This document shows positions 1 through 10,405 of a stretch of 64,000 nt of DNA, one piece after another. Both the position numbers and the translations under genes were made by a program. Each line of letters begins with the position of its first letter. The stretch's first letter is position 1. Below the pieces are notes generated by a model. It worked only from the letters and a program-made list of their open reading frames with translations. It had not been told where the DNA came from and did no database searches. The DNA is from Candidatus Cloacimonadota bacterium (GTDB taxonomy: Bacteria > Cloacimonadota > Cloacimonadia > G963667145), in the NCBI GenBank assembly GCA_963676615.1, contig OY781092.1, positions 1,248,001-1,312,000 on the forward strand. Direction: 5' to 3'.

Positions 1-175
1 AAGAGTCGCTCTCCCTTGTCACGACAAGCACTCCGTCGTTATTTTTTACATTCACTCCAGACAAAACGGTAAAGTCGCTCTGACCCAAAGGTCCTTTAAC
101 CACGATATCTTTACCTTTGATAGAAACTTCTACCTTTTCTGGGATACTAATTGGCAGGTCACCTATTCTCGACAT
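1..175 (-). CDS. rplF: 50S ribosomal protein L6 (N-terminal part, runs off the window edge)
   Basis: Hand translation from ATG at 175 gives MSRIGDLPISIPEKVEVSIKGKDIVVKGPLG; lies directly after rpsH. Confidence 0.95.
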   Translation of the reverse strand, partial: MSRIGDLPISIPEKVEVSIKGKDIVVKGPLGQSDFTVLSGVNVKNNDGVLVVTRESDS

Positions 176-183
176 CTTTCCTC

Positions 184-597
184 CTACCAAACTTTGCAAA
201 CATATTCGCCGCCAATGTTTTTCGCTTTGGCATCTCTGTCCACCATCACACCTTGAGATGTGGAGATAATCGCACAGCCCAAATTGTTATAAACAGTTGG
301 CAAATTTTTTGCATTTACATAAACCCGCAAACCTGGGGTACTCACTCTTTGGATGCCTTGCAACACAGGAGCCTCGTCCTTTGTATATTTCAGCACCAAC
401 GAAAGTTGCTTGCGCACTCTCTTTTGAGACACATCTCTTTCCAAAACTTCATAGGACTCCACAAAATTTTCTTGGTCGAGCAGTTTCACAATTCCTTCGA
501 CAAGCTTGCAATGATCGACAAAGACCGCCTTGTGATTTGCACGATAAGCGTTCCTAATCTTTGTCAAAGCGTTAGCTATAGGATCTGACACACTCAT
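184..597 (-). CDS. rpsH: 30S ribosomal protein S8
   Basis: DPIANALTKIRNA, STPGLRVY, IISTSQGVM, GGEYVCKVW; spc operon order. Confidence 0.98.
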   Translation of the reverse strand: MSVSDPIANALTKIRNAYRANHKAVFVDHCKLVEGIVKLLDQENFVESYEVLERDVSQKRVRKQLSLVLKYTKDEAPVLQGIQRVSTPGLRVYVNAKNLPTVYNNLGCAIISTSQGVMVDRDAKAKNIGGEYVCKVW

Positions 598-619
598 TCT
601 TAATTCTCCTTAAATCTTC

Positions 620-805
620 TTACCAACTGGCTTTGGTCACACCAGGGATTTCCCCGTTAGACGCCAATTTTCTAAAACAAAGCCTGCAAAGACCAAAGTC
701 CCTGATATAACCTCTTGGACGCCCACATTGTTGGCAGCGGTTATACTCTCTCACTTTGAACTTTTGCGCTCTTTTTTGTTTAACAATCATCGATTTTTTC
801 GCCAT
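620..805 (-). CDS. rpsN: 30S ribosomal protein S14, zinc-binding type Z
   Basis: 61 aa with [10 protein letters not shown]...LCRLCFR and IPGVTKASW. Confidence 0.98.
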   Translation of the reverse strand: MAKKSMIVKQKRAQKFKVREYNRCQQCGRPRGYIRDFGLCRLCFRKLASNGEIPGVTKASW

Positions 806-814
806 AACAACTCC

Positions 815-1351
815 CTAATTTTTCTTGAAGGGGAAGCCCAAGCCGCTGAGCAACTTAAAAGCGCCTTCGTTCGTCACAGCGCTCGTGCAGACCACAATAC
901 TCAACCCGCGAACGCTATCCACCTTATCATAATCGATTTCTGGAAAAATAACCTGCTCCTGCAATCCAAGAGCGTAATTACCTCTGCCGTCAAAAGATTT
1001 GGCTGGAATGCCCCTAAAGTCTTTGAGCTTCGGCAAAACAACCGAGATGAGCTTGTCCACAAACTCATACATCGCATCGCCACGCAAAGTCACTTTGCAT
1101 CCGATAGGCATACCCTCGCGGAGTTTGAAGTTCGAAATCGACTTTCTCGCCTTAGTCACAATCGGCTTTCTACCGGTAATCAGTGTCATATCTTTGACCG
1201 CACCATCCAGAAGAGCCTTGTTTTGCGTAGCCTCGCCAACGCCCATATTCACCACGACCTTCTCTAACTTTGGCACTTGGCAAATATTCTTATAATCTTT
1301 TTTGAGCGAAGGCACTACATCTTTCAAATATTTATCTTGCAATCTGTTCAT
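815..1351 (-). CDS. rplE: 50S ribosomal protein L5
   Basis: [38 protein letters not shown]. Confidence 0.98.
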   Translation of the reverse strand: MNRLQDKYLKDVVPSLKKDYKNICQVPKLEKVVVNMGVGEATQNKALLDGAVKDMTLITGRKPIVTKARKSISNFKLREGMPIGCKVTLRGDAMYEFVDKLISVVLPKLKDFRGIPAKSFDGRGNYALGLQEQVIFPEIDYDKVDSVRGLSIVVCTSAVTNEGAFKLLSGLGFPFKKN

Positions 1352-1683
1352 TTACTGTCCCTCGATAACAACTCTTCGCCAGACTTTTTGCAAACTCTGA
1401 CTCTTTTTTCGCCCATTTTCTTGTAAACAGGCTTTGTAACACTTTTGAGTTTTTGATTAAACAACATCACATTAGAAGCGTCGATAGGACCCTCCATCTC
1501 GATGATGCCGCCTTGTGGATTGTTCTGATCAGGTCGCACATGCTTTTTCTTCACATTCACTTTTTCCACAATCACTCTACCTTTTTTGCGGTCAACAGCC
1601 AAAATCTTGCCCTTTGCTCCTTTGGATGAGCCAGAGATTACCACCACAAAATCGTCTTTTTTCAATCTGATTTTCTTATCCAT
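1348..1683 (-). CDS. rplX: 50S ribosomal protein L24
   Basis: KOW-like [29 protein letters not shown]. Confidence 0.97.
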   Translation of the reverse strand: MDKKIRLKKDDFVVVISGSSKGAKGKILAVDRKKGRVIVEKVNVKKKHVRPDQNNPQGGIIEMEGPIDASNVMLFNQKLKSVTKPVYKKMGEKRVRVCKKSGEELLSRDSK

Positions 1684-1701
1684 TGCGATACTCTCCTTAA
1701 A

Positions 1702-2070
1702 CTACACCACTTCTGGAGCCAGAGACAAAATTTTGGAATATCCAAACTCTCTGAGCTCTCTAGACACAGGACCAAAAACACGAGTTCCAATCGGCTCTCC
1801 CGCATCGTTAACCATCACCACAGCGTTGTCCGAAAATCTGATATAAGAACCGTCAGCTCTTCTCACAGCTTTTTTCGTTCTCACAATCAAACCTTTAGCC
1901 ACAGCTTTTTTCTTGATTCTGCCGCCCGGCAAAGCTTTTTTGACAGCCACAACGATAATATCACCTACGGTAGCGTATCTTCTTTTTGAGCCGCCAAGCA
2001 CTTTGATGCACTCGGCAAGTTTGGCTCCAGAATTATCAGCCACTACCAAATTCGTTTGCATTTGTATCAT
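1702..2070 (-). CDS. rplN: 50S ribosomal protein L14
   Basis: [37 protein letters not shown]. Confidence 0.98.
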   Translation of the reverse strand: MIQMQTNLVVADNSGAKLAECIKVLGGSKRRYATVGDIIVVAVKKALPGGRIKKKAVAKGLIVRTKKAVRRADGSYIRFSDNAVVMVNDAGEPIGTRVFGPVSRELREFGYSKILSLAPEVV

Positions 2071-2082
2071 AACAAATCGTCC

Positions 2083-2334
2083 TTATTTACTCTCTTCCAA
2101 CACTTTATCCAAAACCCATTTTTTGGTCTTGCTAAAAGGTTTAGACTCTTTAATCATCACAATATCGCCAAGTTTGCAAACATTGTTTTGGTCGTGAGCC
2201 TTCACTTTTTTGTGTCTTCTAACCATCTTTTTATACAAAGGATGAGCAAATTTTCTCTCGATCTCCACGACAATCGTCTTTTCCATCTTATCGGAGACGA
2301 CCTTGCCAATCCTTACAAGTCTTCTACTAAACAT
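2083..2334 (-). CDS. rpsQ: 30S ribosomal protein S17
   Basis: [29 protein letters not shown]. Confidence 0.97.
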   Translation of the reverse strand: MFSRRLVRIGKVVSDKMEKTIVVEIERKFAHPLYKKMVRRHKKVKAHDQNNVCKLGDIVMIKESKPFSKTKKWVLDKVLEESK

Positions 2335-2533
2335 TTGCCACCTCTGCTCTTGCTCTTTCGTTTACCACAGTTTTGATTCTCGCGATACTTCTTCTGGCAG
2401 ACTTGAAAGCCGAAGGCGTCTCCAGCTTGCCCATAGACAAAGCAAAGCGAAGATCGAACAACTTCTCTTCCAGCTTGTCCAAATTGTCTTGCAATTCAGA
2501 ATCGCTCATCTGACGAATCTCTGCAATTTTCAT
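2327..2533 (-). CDS. rpmC: 50S ribosomal protein L29
   Basis: LFDLRF...[10 protein letters not shown]; sits between rplP and rpsQ. Confidence 0.95.
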   Translation of the reverse strand: MKIAEIRQMSDSELQDNLDKLEEKLFDLRFALSMGKLETPSAFKSARRSIARIKTVVNERARAEVANV

Positions 2534-2949
2534 ATTCTCACCTCTCCTCTACAAACCATCTCGGTTTTGATCGGCAACTTCTTTCCAGCCTTAGAGATAG
2601 CCTCTCTTGCCAAATCCTCGTCATCAATCTCCAGCTCAAACAACACTCTGCCTGGCTTTACCACAGCTACCCAATATTCTGGCTCACCCTTACCTTTACC
2701 CATCCGAGTCTCGGCTGGTGTCTGTGTAAACGGCTTGTCCGGAAAAATACGAATATGAACCTTTCCTGTTCTTTTCAAAGTTCTGGTCAATACAACACGA
2801 ACCGCCTCAATCTGACGAGAGTTGATCCAACCACAACTTTGCGCAAGCAACCCAAAATTGCCAAAACTAACGGCGCTGCCACGATGAGCGAGCCCCTTCA
2901 TTCTGCCTCTTTGTTGCTTTCTAAACTTAGTTCTCTTTGGTGCTAACAT
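2530..2949 (-). CDS. rplP: 50S ribosomal protein L16
   Basis: [31 protein letters not shown]. Confidence 0.98.
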   Translation of the reverse strand: MLAPKRTKFRKQQRGRMKGLAHRGSAVSFGNFGLLAQSCGWINSRQIEAVRVVLTRTLKRTGKVHIRIFPDKPFTQTPAETRMGKGKGEPEYWVAVVKPGRVLFELEIDDEDLAREAISKAGKKLPIKTEMVCRGEVRI

Positions 2950-2966
2950 TACCTTAACTCCTTAAA

Positions 2967-3614
2967 TTAACTGAGGATATCGCCCTTGTATATCCAAACT
3001 TTAATACCAATGATACCGTATGTGGTGTTGGCCTCGACCAAAGCGTAATCGATATCGGCTCTGAGAGTGTGCAGGGGTGTCGAACCTTCTGTGTATCTCT
3101 CTGTCCTTGCCATTTCCGCTCCGCCCAATCTGCCAGAACACTGAATTTTGATACCTATGGCGCCATCTCTTTTGGCGTTTCTGATAGCGAACTTCATCAC
3201 TCTTCTAAAAGAGACGCGATTTTGCAACTGCCGCGCAATCTCCTGACCAACCAGCTTCGCATCGCACCACATCTTTTTCACTTCGTTCACATTCACAAAA
3301 ACCGAAATATTTTTATCTCTTTTTTTGTTCAACAAAAGCGAAAGCTCTTGTCGCAGCAACTCGATCTCGGCACCTTTTTTACCAATAACTTGTCCTGGTC
3401 TTGCGGTGTAGATATCCACCGTAAGTTGCGAACTTTTGCGATAAATCTTGATTTTAGAAACCATCGCTGTGGCAAGTCTGTGTTTGAGATACTTTTTGAT
3501 CATCAAATCTTCTTGCAAATTAGCGATATACTCTTTACCCGTTGCGAACCAAATAGAATCGGACTCCTTATTTATTCCAAGGCGCAGACCTATCGGATTA
3601 ACTTTTTGTCCCAT
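2967..3614 (-). CDS. rpsC: 30S ribosomal protein S3
   Basis: MGQKVNPIGLRLGI, SGRLGGAEMAR, PLHTLRADIDY. Confidence 0.98.
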   Translation of the reverse strand: MGQKVNPIGLRLGINKESDSIWFATGKEYIANLQEDLMIKKYLKHRLATAMVSKIKIYRKSSQLTVDIYTARPGQVIGKKGAEIELLRQELSLLLNKKRDKNISVFVNVNEVKKMWCDAKLVGQEIARQLQNRVSFRRVMKFAIRNAKRDGAIGIKIQCSGRLGGAEMARTERYTEGSTPLHTLRADIDYALVEANTTYGIIGIKVWIYKGDILS

Positions 3615-3615
3615 T

Positions 3616-3972
3616 CTACTCTCCTTCCTTGCTCACATCTTTGACAAACAAATGAATGTGGCAGCTTCTCTTCAAAATTCTGGTGGCTCTACCTTGAGCT
3701 CTTGGTCTAAAACGCTTGTTTGTGCGTCCTTCGTTGGCAAAAGCTTGAGAAACAATCAAATCGCTCTCGCTCACGCCGTCTGCCAAATCTTTCGCGTTCG
3801 CCACAGCAGAATTTAGGAGCTTATACATTTGCTTAGCCACTTTTTGCTTCGACAAAAACAAAATCTTTTGCGCAGCTGGCACAGATTTGCCTCTGACCAA
3901 ATCCACAACCAAGCGGGCTTTGCGAGCAGAACCTTTATAATTTTTTAATACAGCTTTATATTCCATAGTCAT
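3616..3972 (-). CDS. rplV: 50S ribosomal protein L22
   Basis: SARKARLVVDLVRG, KRFRPRAQGRA; start at 3972 or 3966. Confidence 0.97.
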   Translation of the reverse strand: MTMEYKAVLKNYKGSARKARLVVDLVRGKSVPAAQKILFLSKQKVAKQMYKLLNSAVANAKDLADGVSESDLIVSQAFANEGRTNKRFRPRAQGRATRILKRSCHIHLFVKDVSKEGE

Positions 3973-4235
3973 TAACCCCTATTTGTATGCGCTCTAAAAG
4001 TCCGAGTGTGAGAAAATTCGCCAAATTTGTGTCCGACCAAATCTTCCGACACAAACACAGGGATGAATTTTTTACCATTATGCACAGCAAAAGTATAACC
4101 AATGAACTCTGGGATAATCGTAGATCTTCTCGACCAAGTCTTGATGACCGACTTTTTCCCTTCTTTTTCCATATTCTGCACCTTCTTGAGCAAATGCTCA
4201 TCGACGAAAGGGCTTTTTTTTACTGAGCGAGCCAT
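3972..4235 (-). CDS. rpsS: 30S ribosomal protein S19
   Basis: [24 protein letters not shown]. Confidence 0.98.
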   Translation of the reverse strand: MARSVKKSPFVDEHLLKKVQNMEKEGKKSVIKTWSRRSTIIPEFIGYTFAVHNGKKFIPVFVSEDLVGHKFGEFSHTRTFRAHTNRG

Positions 4236-5074
4236 TATTTCCTACCTCTTCTCTTTTTAGCTTTTACGATAAACTTATCAGAATATTTTTTCTTCTTGCG
4301 AGTCTTTCCGCCTTTGGCAAGCACGCCCCAAGGAGACCTTGGATGACCACCACCAGAGGTTTTCGCCTCGCCACCACCCATCGGGTGATCCACGGGGTTC
4401 ATCACAACGCCACGCACTTTTGGTCTTCTGCCCAGCCATCTGCTTCTGCCGGCTTTACCCAGCTGCAAGGTGTTGCGCTCTACATTGCCGACCTGTCCGA
4501 TTGTCGCATAGCAGTTCTCACGCACCAAGTGAACATCGCCCGATGGCATCTTCAGGTGAACATAGCCGCTGTCTTTGGCAACAATCTGCACATAAGAGCC
4601 AGCCGAACGAGCCAACTTTCCACCTCTTCCAGGAGTGAACTCCACATTATGCACCAGCGTTCCAAGCGGAATGTTAATCAGCGGCAAAGCGTTCCCAATA
4701 ACGATTGGAGCTTTCTCGCCAGACAAAACTTTTTGTCCAACTTCGATACCCAGCGGCGCCAAAATGTATCTCTTCTCGCCGTCGATATAATGCAAAAGGC
4801 AAATTCTGGCAGTTCTGTTTGGATCGTATTCAACGCTCGCCACTCTAGCCTCAACACCCACTTTGTTCCTCTTGAAATCGATAATCCGATACTTTCTCTT
4901 GTGACCACCGCCGCGTCTTCTCATCGAGATGCGTCCCTGATTGTTGCGTCCAGCCTTTTTTGGCAAAGGCGCCAGCAAACTTTTCTCTGGAGTAGAGGTC
5001 GTGATTTCGTCAAAAGTGTAACCCGTTTTGAACCTCTGTGTAGGTGTAACTGGTTTGTATTTTCTAATTCCCAT
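4235..5074 (-). CDS. rplB: 50S ribosomal protein L2
   Basis: [28 protein letters not shown]. Confidence 0.99.
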   Translation of the reverse strand: MGIRKYKPVTPTQRFKTGYTFDEITTSTPEKSLLAPLPKKAGRNNQGRISMRRRGGGHKRKYRIIDFKRNKVGVEARVASVEYDPNRTARICLLHYIDGEKRYILAPLGIEVGQKVLSGEKAPIVIGNALPLINIPLGTLVHNVEFTPGRGGKLARSAGSYVQIVAKDSGYVHLKMPSGDVHLVRENCYATIGQVGNVERNTLQLGKAGRSRWLGRRPKVRGVVMNPVDHPMGGGEAKTSGGGHPRSPWGVLAKGGKTRKKKKYSDKFIVKAKKRRGRK

Positions 5075-5088
5075 AACTTCAAAACCCT

Positions 5089-5391
5089 CTAAACTTCAAA
5101 TTGCGGGAACGATTCACCCGTATGCAAAGTAACGATAGCCTTCTTCCAATCGGCTCTCTTTCCAGCAAATCTACCCATACTTTTCACTTTTCCGCGTTGG
5201 CAAATCGTGTTCACATTCTTCACCTTCACCGAAAAAATTTTCTCTAACGCTCTTTTAATCTCAATTTTGTTGGCAGCTTTGCTCACCTTAAAAACATAAG
5301 ATTTCTCGCCCTTGGCGTTTTCAGCCATCAATTCCGAAGATTTTTCGGTAATGTGAGGAGCGATAATTATTTGTCTATCTGATTTTCTCAT
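5089..5391 (-). CDS. rplW: 50S ribosomal protein L23
   Basis: [22 protein letters not shown]. Confidence 0.97.
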   Translation of the reverse strand: MRKSDRQIIIAPHITEKSSELMAENAKGEKSYVFKVSKAANKIEIKRALEKIFSVKVKNVNTICQRGKVKSMGRFAGKRADWKKAIVTLHTGESFPQFEV

Positions 5392-6017
5392 GACCCAAAC
5401 ACCTCAATAACTTTCTTCAGACCACTTTCGGTAATCAAAAGATTGTCCGCATTCAACACTTGATAGGCATAGAGAGTGTCGGCTCTGTCGGTCTTCACAT
5501 CCTCAATATTTGCAAAAGATTTCACCAAAGCAGAATCGCTACTATCAAAAATCACCAGTTTTTTTCTGCCGCTGGCAACACTATCGATAATCGTCTTCGC
5601 TTTTTTGGTCGATGGAGCCTCAAACTTCAAATCTTCTATAACCTTCAATCCCTCTTTTTTCACCAACTGGCTCAAAGCAATTTTTAGCGCCAATCTTTTC
5701 AATTTCTTTGGCAATTTAATCGTCCAATCTTTTGGCTTTGGTCCAAAAGCTCTACCGCCGCCGCGTCTGACTGGAGTTTTGATGTCTCCAGGACGAGCGT
5801 TGCCAGTGCCTTTTTGACGGAACAATTTCTTCCCGCTACCTTTCACCTCAGATCTGCTCTTAACGCTTGATGTGCCTTGTCTTTGGTTGGCAAGATAAGC
5901 CTTGACCGCCTCGTAAATCACCACATCCGCGCCAGCGCACTCTTTGGCAAAAAGTTCTTCGGGCAACGAAACCACGCCGTTTTCCGAGCCGTCCAATTTA
6001 TACTTTTTTATTTCCAT
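5388..6017 (-). CDS. rplD: 50S ribosomal protein L4
   Basis: RQGTSSVKSRSEV, RQKGTGNAR, GGGRAFGPKP. Confidence 0.98.
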   Translation of the reverse strand: MEIKKYKLDGSENGVVSLPEELFAKECAGADVVIYEAVKAYLANQRQGTSSVKSRSEVKGSGKKLFRQKGTGNARPGDIKTPVRRGGGRAFGPKPKDWTIKLPKKLKRLALKIALSQLVKKEGLKVIEDLKFEAPSTKKAKTIIDSVASGRKKLVIFDSSDSALVKSFANIEDVKTDRADTLYAYQVLNADNLLITESGLKKVIEVFGS

Positions 6018-6031
6018 TTCTAAAAAATCTC

Positions 6032-6646
6032 CTATCCCAGCTTTTTGAGCAAAACTGTGCTGTTTCTATGACCAGGAATTGCACCTTTCACAAAAAGCAA
6101 ATTTTTCTCTTTGTCGATTTTGACAATCCGCAAATTTTTCACAGTTCTGCGCGCGTTTCCATAATGTCCAGGAAGCTTTTTGCCCTTATACACGCGAGAC
6201 GGCGTCGCACACAAACCAATCGAACCCGGTCCACGATAGCTCTCGTGCACACCGTGACTGGCTTTCATTCCGCTAAAGTTGTGTCTTTTCACAACGCCAG
6301 AAAAACCACGCCCTTTGCTCGTGCCGATAACATTCACAATCTCGTTGAGCTGAAACATATCGACCGACAACTCCTCCAGACCTTCCAATTCCGCCTCTGC
6401 ATCCAACCTAAACTCTCTGATAACTTTGTAGCAATCGCCCTTGCAATGTCCTTGCAAAGCTTTGGAAACATTTTTCGACTTCTTCGGGTCAAAACCGACT
6501 TGCACAGCGGTATAGCCGTCCACAGCTTCGGTCTTTTTTTGGAGAACTTTGCAAGGTCCTGCCTGCACAACCGTTACAGGAATTACTTTTGCGCTCTCGT
6601 CAAAAATCTGACTCATTCCAATCTTTTTTCCTACTATTCCTAACAT
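6032..6646 (-). CDS. rplC: 50S ribosomal protein L3
   Basis: GKKIGMSQIF, SKGRGFSGVVKRH, KGAIPG. Confidence 0.98.
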   Translation of the reverse strand: MLGIVGKKIGMSQIFDESAKVIPVTVVQAGPCKVLQKKTEAVDGYTAVQVGFDPKKSKNVSKALQGHCKGDCYKVIREFRLDAEAELEGLEELSVDMFQLNEIVNVIGTSKGRGFSGVVKRHNFSGMKASHGVHESYRGPGSIGLCATPSRVYKGKKLPGHYGNARRTVKNLRIVKIDKEKNLLFVKGAIPGHRNSTVLLKKLG

Positions 6647-6655
6647 TGTATCTCC

Positions 6656-6964
6656 TTACGCCTTAACCTCTACATGCACACCCGACGGCAAGCTGATTTT
6701 TTTCAAAGCGCTTGTGGTGCTAGAAGTAGGATTTTCGATATCAATTACTCTCTTATGAACAAGCATCTGAAATTGCTCTTGCGACTTTTTGTTTACATGG
6801 GGAGAGCGGAGCACCGTATAGACGGTCTTCTCCGTTGGCAAAGGAACAGGTCCTACCACCTTGGCGCCAGTGCTTGTCACACTGTTCACAAGCTCGCCCA
6901 CAGAAGCGTCCAGCAATCTGTGATCATAAGCTTTCATTTTAATTCTAATTTTGTTTGTTTTCAT
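6656..6964 (-). CDS. rpsJ: 30S ribosomal protein S10
   Basis: KAYDHRLLD, GPVPLPT, RSPHVNKKSQEQF. Confidence 0.98.
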   Translation of the reverse strand: MKTNKIRIKMKAYDHRLLDASVGELVNSVTSTGAKVVGPVPLPTEKTVYTVLRSPHVNKKSQEQFQMLVHKRVIDIENPTSSTTSALKKISLPSGVHVEVKA

Positions 6965-6991
6965 CTATTCTACCTTAAAATTTTCAAAGAT

Positions 6992-8176
6992 TTACGCTTC
7001 GATCTCGGCAATCACGCCAGCACCGATAGTTCTGCCGCCCTCGCGAATAGCAAAACGAAGACCTTTGTCCATAGCAATCGGCACGATCAACTCGCCTTTG
7101 ATTTTCACATTATCGCCTGGCATAACCATCTCCACGCCTTCTGGCAAGGTGAGAGTTCCGGTAACATCGGTGGTTCTGAAGTAGAATTGTGGACGATAAC
7201 CAGAGAAGAAAGGCTTGTGACGACCGCCCTCATCGGCTTTGAGCACATAAACTTCGCCAACGAATTTGGTGTGCGGAGTGATGCTTTTTGGAGCAGCCAA
7301 GACCATTCCTCTTTCGATTTCGTCTTTTTTGATACCACGCAAAAGCACGCCGACATTGTCGCCAGCCTCAGCGCTGTCCAAAATTTTGCGGAACATCTCA
7401 ACACCCGTGCAGACAACCTCGATTGTCTCTCTGATGCCGACTCTCTCGAGCTTGTCGTTCACTTGCAATTTGCCTGTCTCGACACGACCTGTAGCCACAG
7501 TTCCACGACCAGAAATCGAGAAAACATCCTCAACTGGCATCAAAAAAGGCTTGTCGATTTCGCGAACTGGCTCTGGGATGTAGCTATCCAAAGTTTCGAC
7601 GAGCTTCTCGATTGCGGCAACACCCTCGGCATCGCCCTCAAGAGCTTTGAGCGCAGATCCTTGCACGAACGGAATGTCGTCGCCTGGGAAACCGTATGAC
7701 GAAAGAAGCTCTCTGACTTCCATCTCCACGAGTTCCAAAAGCTCGGCGTCGTCAACAAGGTCGCATTTGTTAAGAAAAACCACCATCGCAGGCACACCAA
7801 CTTGGTAAGCCAACAAAATGTGCTCACGAGTTTGAGGCATCGGTCCATCAGCAGCAGAAACCACCAAAATCGCTCCGTCCATTTGCGCAGCGCCAGTGAT
7901 CATATTTTTTACATAATCGGCGTGACCAGGGCAGTCCACATGTGCGTAGTGCCTTGCGGCTGACTCGTATTCCACATGGGCAGTCGAGATTGTGATACCT
8001 CTTTCCCTCTCCTCTGGAGCGTTGTCGATCGAGCCGAAATCTGAGTATTGGGCTTGCCCTTTTTCAGCAAGCACCTTGGTGATTGCAGCCGTTAGCGTCG
8101 TTTTTCCGTGGTCAACATGACCAATTGTTCCTACATTTACATGCGGTTTGGTTCTGACAAACTTTTCCTTTGCCAT
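6992..8176 (-). CDS. tuf: Elongation factor Tu
   Basis: [31 protein letters not shown]; 394 aa. Confidence 0.99.
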   Translation of the reverse strand: MAKEKFVRTKPHVNVGTIGHVDHGKTTLTAAITKVLAEKGQAQYSDFGSIDNAPEERERGITISTAHVEYESAARHYAHVDCPGHADYVKNMITGAAQMDGAILVVSAADGPMPQTREHILLAYQVGVPAMVVFLNKCDLVDDAELLELVEMEVRELLSSYGFPGDDIPFVQGSALKALEGDAEGVAAIEKLVETLDSYIPEPVREIDKPFLMPVEDVFSISGRGTVATGRVETGKLQVNDKLERVGIRETIEVVCTGVEMFRKILDSAEAGDNVGVLLRGIKKDEIERGMVLAAPKSITPHTKFVGEVYVLKADEGGRHKPFFSGYRPQFYFRTTDVTGTLTLPEGVEMVMPGDNVKIKGELIVPIAMDKGLRFAIREGGRTIGAGVIAEIEA

Positions 8177-8279
8177 TCGTCCTCCTAAAGATCAAAAGTC
8201 CTCTCTTTTTGGCATAACACCACAGGACTTACTTTTTTATATTACTTACGAAAAACCAAAAATTAACTATCACTTTTAG

Positions 8280-8285
8280 TGTCAA
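8280..8285 (-). promoter_or_regulatory. Putative -35 element (TTGACA) for the tuf-S10 operon
   Basis: Perfect TTGACA about 105 nt upstream of the tuf ATG; no TATAAT at canonical spacing. Confidence 0.5.
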
Positions 8286-8460
8286 CCATTTTTTGACTCG
8301 TGCCTTACGCTACTGCCACCAAAAGTCGTTTTTTCATAAAATAACGCCTATTCCCCATTTCTGCTTAATTTGGAAATAATTACAAAAAAAAGTTGAAATT
8401 TTAGTCAAAAAATAATTTTTTGATACTGCTTTTAAAATCAAGCATTTAAGGAGGTCTGCT

Positions 8461-9237
8461 ATGTCAGGACTTATGCAAGGAAAAAATGGCGTCATTTTGG
8501 GCGTCGCCAACAACAAAAGTATCGCTTGGCAAATCGCCAAAAAGCTGCTACAAGAAGGTGCAAACATCGGCTACACCTATCAAGACGAGCTATCGAGCAA
8601 AAAAGCTTTGTCGCTTTTTGAAAAAAATAACGCCGCTTTTTCGGCTAAACTTGATGTCTGTTGCGACGAAGATTTTTTGGCGCTGAACCAAAAAATCGAA
8701 GAAGTTTTTGGCGGCAAGCTGGACTTTGTCGTTCACTCTGTGGCAGGAGGTCCAGACCTCGAAGATTTGCAGGGCGATTTTTTCGCTGTTTCTCGCCAAA
8801 ATTTTTTGAAGACGATGGAAATCAGCGCTTTTTCTTTTGTGGCGACTTTGCGCAACCTTGCTCCTTATCTAAAAAAAGCTGGCTCTGCATCGGCGATTTG
8901 CCTTAGTTATCTCGGCTCCGAGCGGGTCGTGCCGAACTACAATGTGATGGGCGTCGCCAAAGCAACTTTGGAATGCTCGGCACGCTATATGGCTAGCGAT
9001 TTGGGCAAAGACGGCGTCCGCGTGAATGTCGTCTCGCCAGGGCCAATCCTCACCAGAGCCGCTTCGGGAGTCGGCGGCTTCCGCCAGATGCTCAAGGAGT
9101 TTGCCGAAAAAACGCCGCTGCAAAAACCAGTTGACACCGAAGATGTCGCAAGCGCAGCTTTGTTCTTGCTCAGCGACCTTTCCAAAGGCACAACTGGGCA
9201 AACGCTCTATGTTGACAACGGGTTTTGCATTCGGTAG
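8461..9237 (+). CDS. fabI: Enoyl-ACP reductase FabI
   Basis: GVANNKSIAWQIA, YNVMGVAKA, SPGPILTRAASG; SDR fold; AAGGAGG RBS. Confidence 0.93.
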   Translation: MSGLMQGKNGVILGVANNKSIAWQIAKKLLQEGANIGYTYQDELSSKKALSLFEKNNAAFSAKLDVCCDEDFLALNQKIEEVFGGKLDFVVHSVAGGPDLEDLQGDFFAVSRQNFLKTMEISAFSFVATLRNLAPYLKKAGSASAICLSYLGSERVVPNYNVMGVAKATLECSARYMASDLGKDGVRVNVVSPGPILTRAASGVGGFRQMLKEFAEKTPLQKPVDTEDVASAALFLLSDLSKGTTGQTLYVDNGFCIR

Positions 9238-9257
9238 ATTTGATTGTAAATTTACAC

Positions 9258-9292
9258 GCCGTAATCTTTTTTTGAAAAGATTGCGGCTTTTT
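9258..9292 (+). terminator. Intrinsic terminator after fabI
   Basis: GCCGTAATCTTTT / AAAAGATTGCGGC inverted repeat followed by a T run. Confidence 0.75.
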
Positions 9293-9627
9293 TCGTTCTC
9301 CTGACTCCGCAAATCACAGCATCTGAAAGAGAGAAAATTTTTCTTTGCAAAAAACAACAATAATTTTGAGGGATTTGCAAGCCTGAAACATCCTAAAAGT
9401 TAATCAGTGTCCAAAATTAAAGTGAAGTTAAAATCTTGATTAACATTTCAAGGAGTAAAATGACGGAAAGTGTAGAAAAACTATTTAACCAAAAGAAATA
9501 AGCGAATAATATGCCTGTGTGTAACTCCTAGAATAAGAGATACTTGCGGCATATGGCGGCTAAATGTTGTTATCGCCAATGCAAAAAACAACAGAACCCA
9601 CTAAAATTAAAGATTAGGACTAGAACG

Positions 9628-10302
9628 ATGAGAAAAATGAAAGCGATTATTGTTGGTTTGAGCCTTTTTACGGCAATGAACCTCGCGGCAAAAACTATCG
9701 ATTTTGAGCAAGCTGACCTCGAAGCTGTCGGCGTGGAAATGACATTGTGTGAATATGGCGGCAAAGACGCCGTGAAGGTGATAAAAAACGCGCATATGGA
9801 CAAACCAGATGAGCCAACTTTTGTAAAATTACAAGACATTGATTTTAAAGACGGAATTATTGAAGTGAATATCCTGAGCAAATTGGTCAAGAACGCCAAA
9901 GATTTTGCGCGCGGATTTATTGGTCTTGCGTTCAGGATAAACGATGATGATTCTAAATTTGAATGTATTTATTTAAGACCTTCAAACGCAAGAGCCAACG
10001 ACCAATTAAGGCGAAATCACACCACGCAATATTTTGCTTACCCAGATTTTGATTTTTTCAAATCGAGAAAAGAGGCTCCTGGCAAGTACGAATCCTACGC
10101 AGATATGGGATTGAACGAGTGGATCAAAGTTAAAATTGTGATAAAAGATGATAACGCCCAACTTTTCGTAAATGATGCGAAAAATCCGTGCTTGATTGTC
10201 AACGATTTAAAACACGGCAAGGGCGATTCTGGCTCGATAGGACTTTGGGTTGACACATTCACCGAAGGTTATTTTGCAGATTTAAAAGTTATCGAAAAAT
10301 AA
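9628..10302 (+). CDS. Secreted hypothetical protein, probable concanavalin-like beta-sandwich (DUF1080-like)
   Basis: Signal peptide MRKMKAIIVGLSLFTAMNLAA; motifs ARGFIGLAFR, FECIYLRP, GSIGLWV; start moved from 9544 to ATG 9628. Confidence 0.6.
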   Translation: MRKMKAIIVGLSLFTAMNLAAKTIDFEQADLEAVGVEMTLCEYGGKDAVKVIKNAHMDKPDEPTFVKLQDIDFKDGIIEVNILSKLVKNAKDFARGFIGLAFRINDDDSKFECIYLRPSNARANDQLRRNHTTQYFAYPDFDFFKSRKEAPGKYESYADMGLNEWIKVKIVIKDDNAQLFVNDAKNPCLIVNDLKHGKGDSGSIGLWVDTFTEGYFADLKVIEK

Positions 10303-10328
10303 CATTTTCATAATCATCAAAACTGACA

Positions 10329-10360
10329 AAAAAAGGCAGCTATAAAGTTGCCTTTTTATT
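10329..10360. terminator. Bidirectional intrinsic terminator between convergent genes
   Basis: AAAAAGGCAGC-TATAAA-GTTGCCTTTTT. Confidence 0.75.
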
Positions 10361-10405
10361 TGCCGAATTTATGCAAATCCAGCTCGCTTTTCTTTTCAAC
10401 GATAT

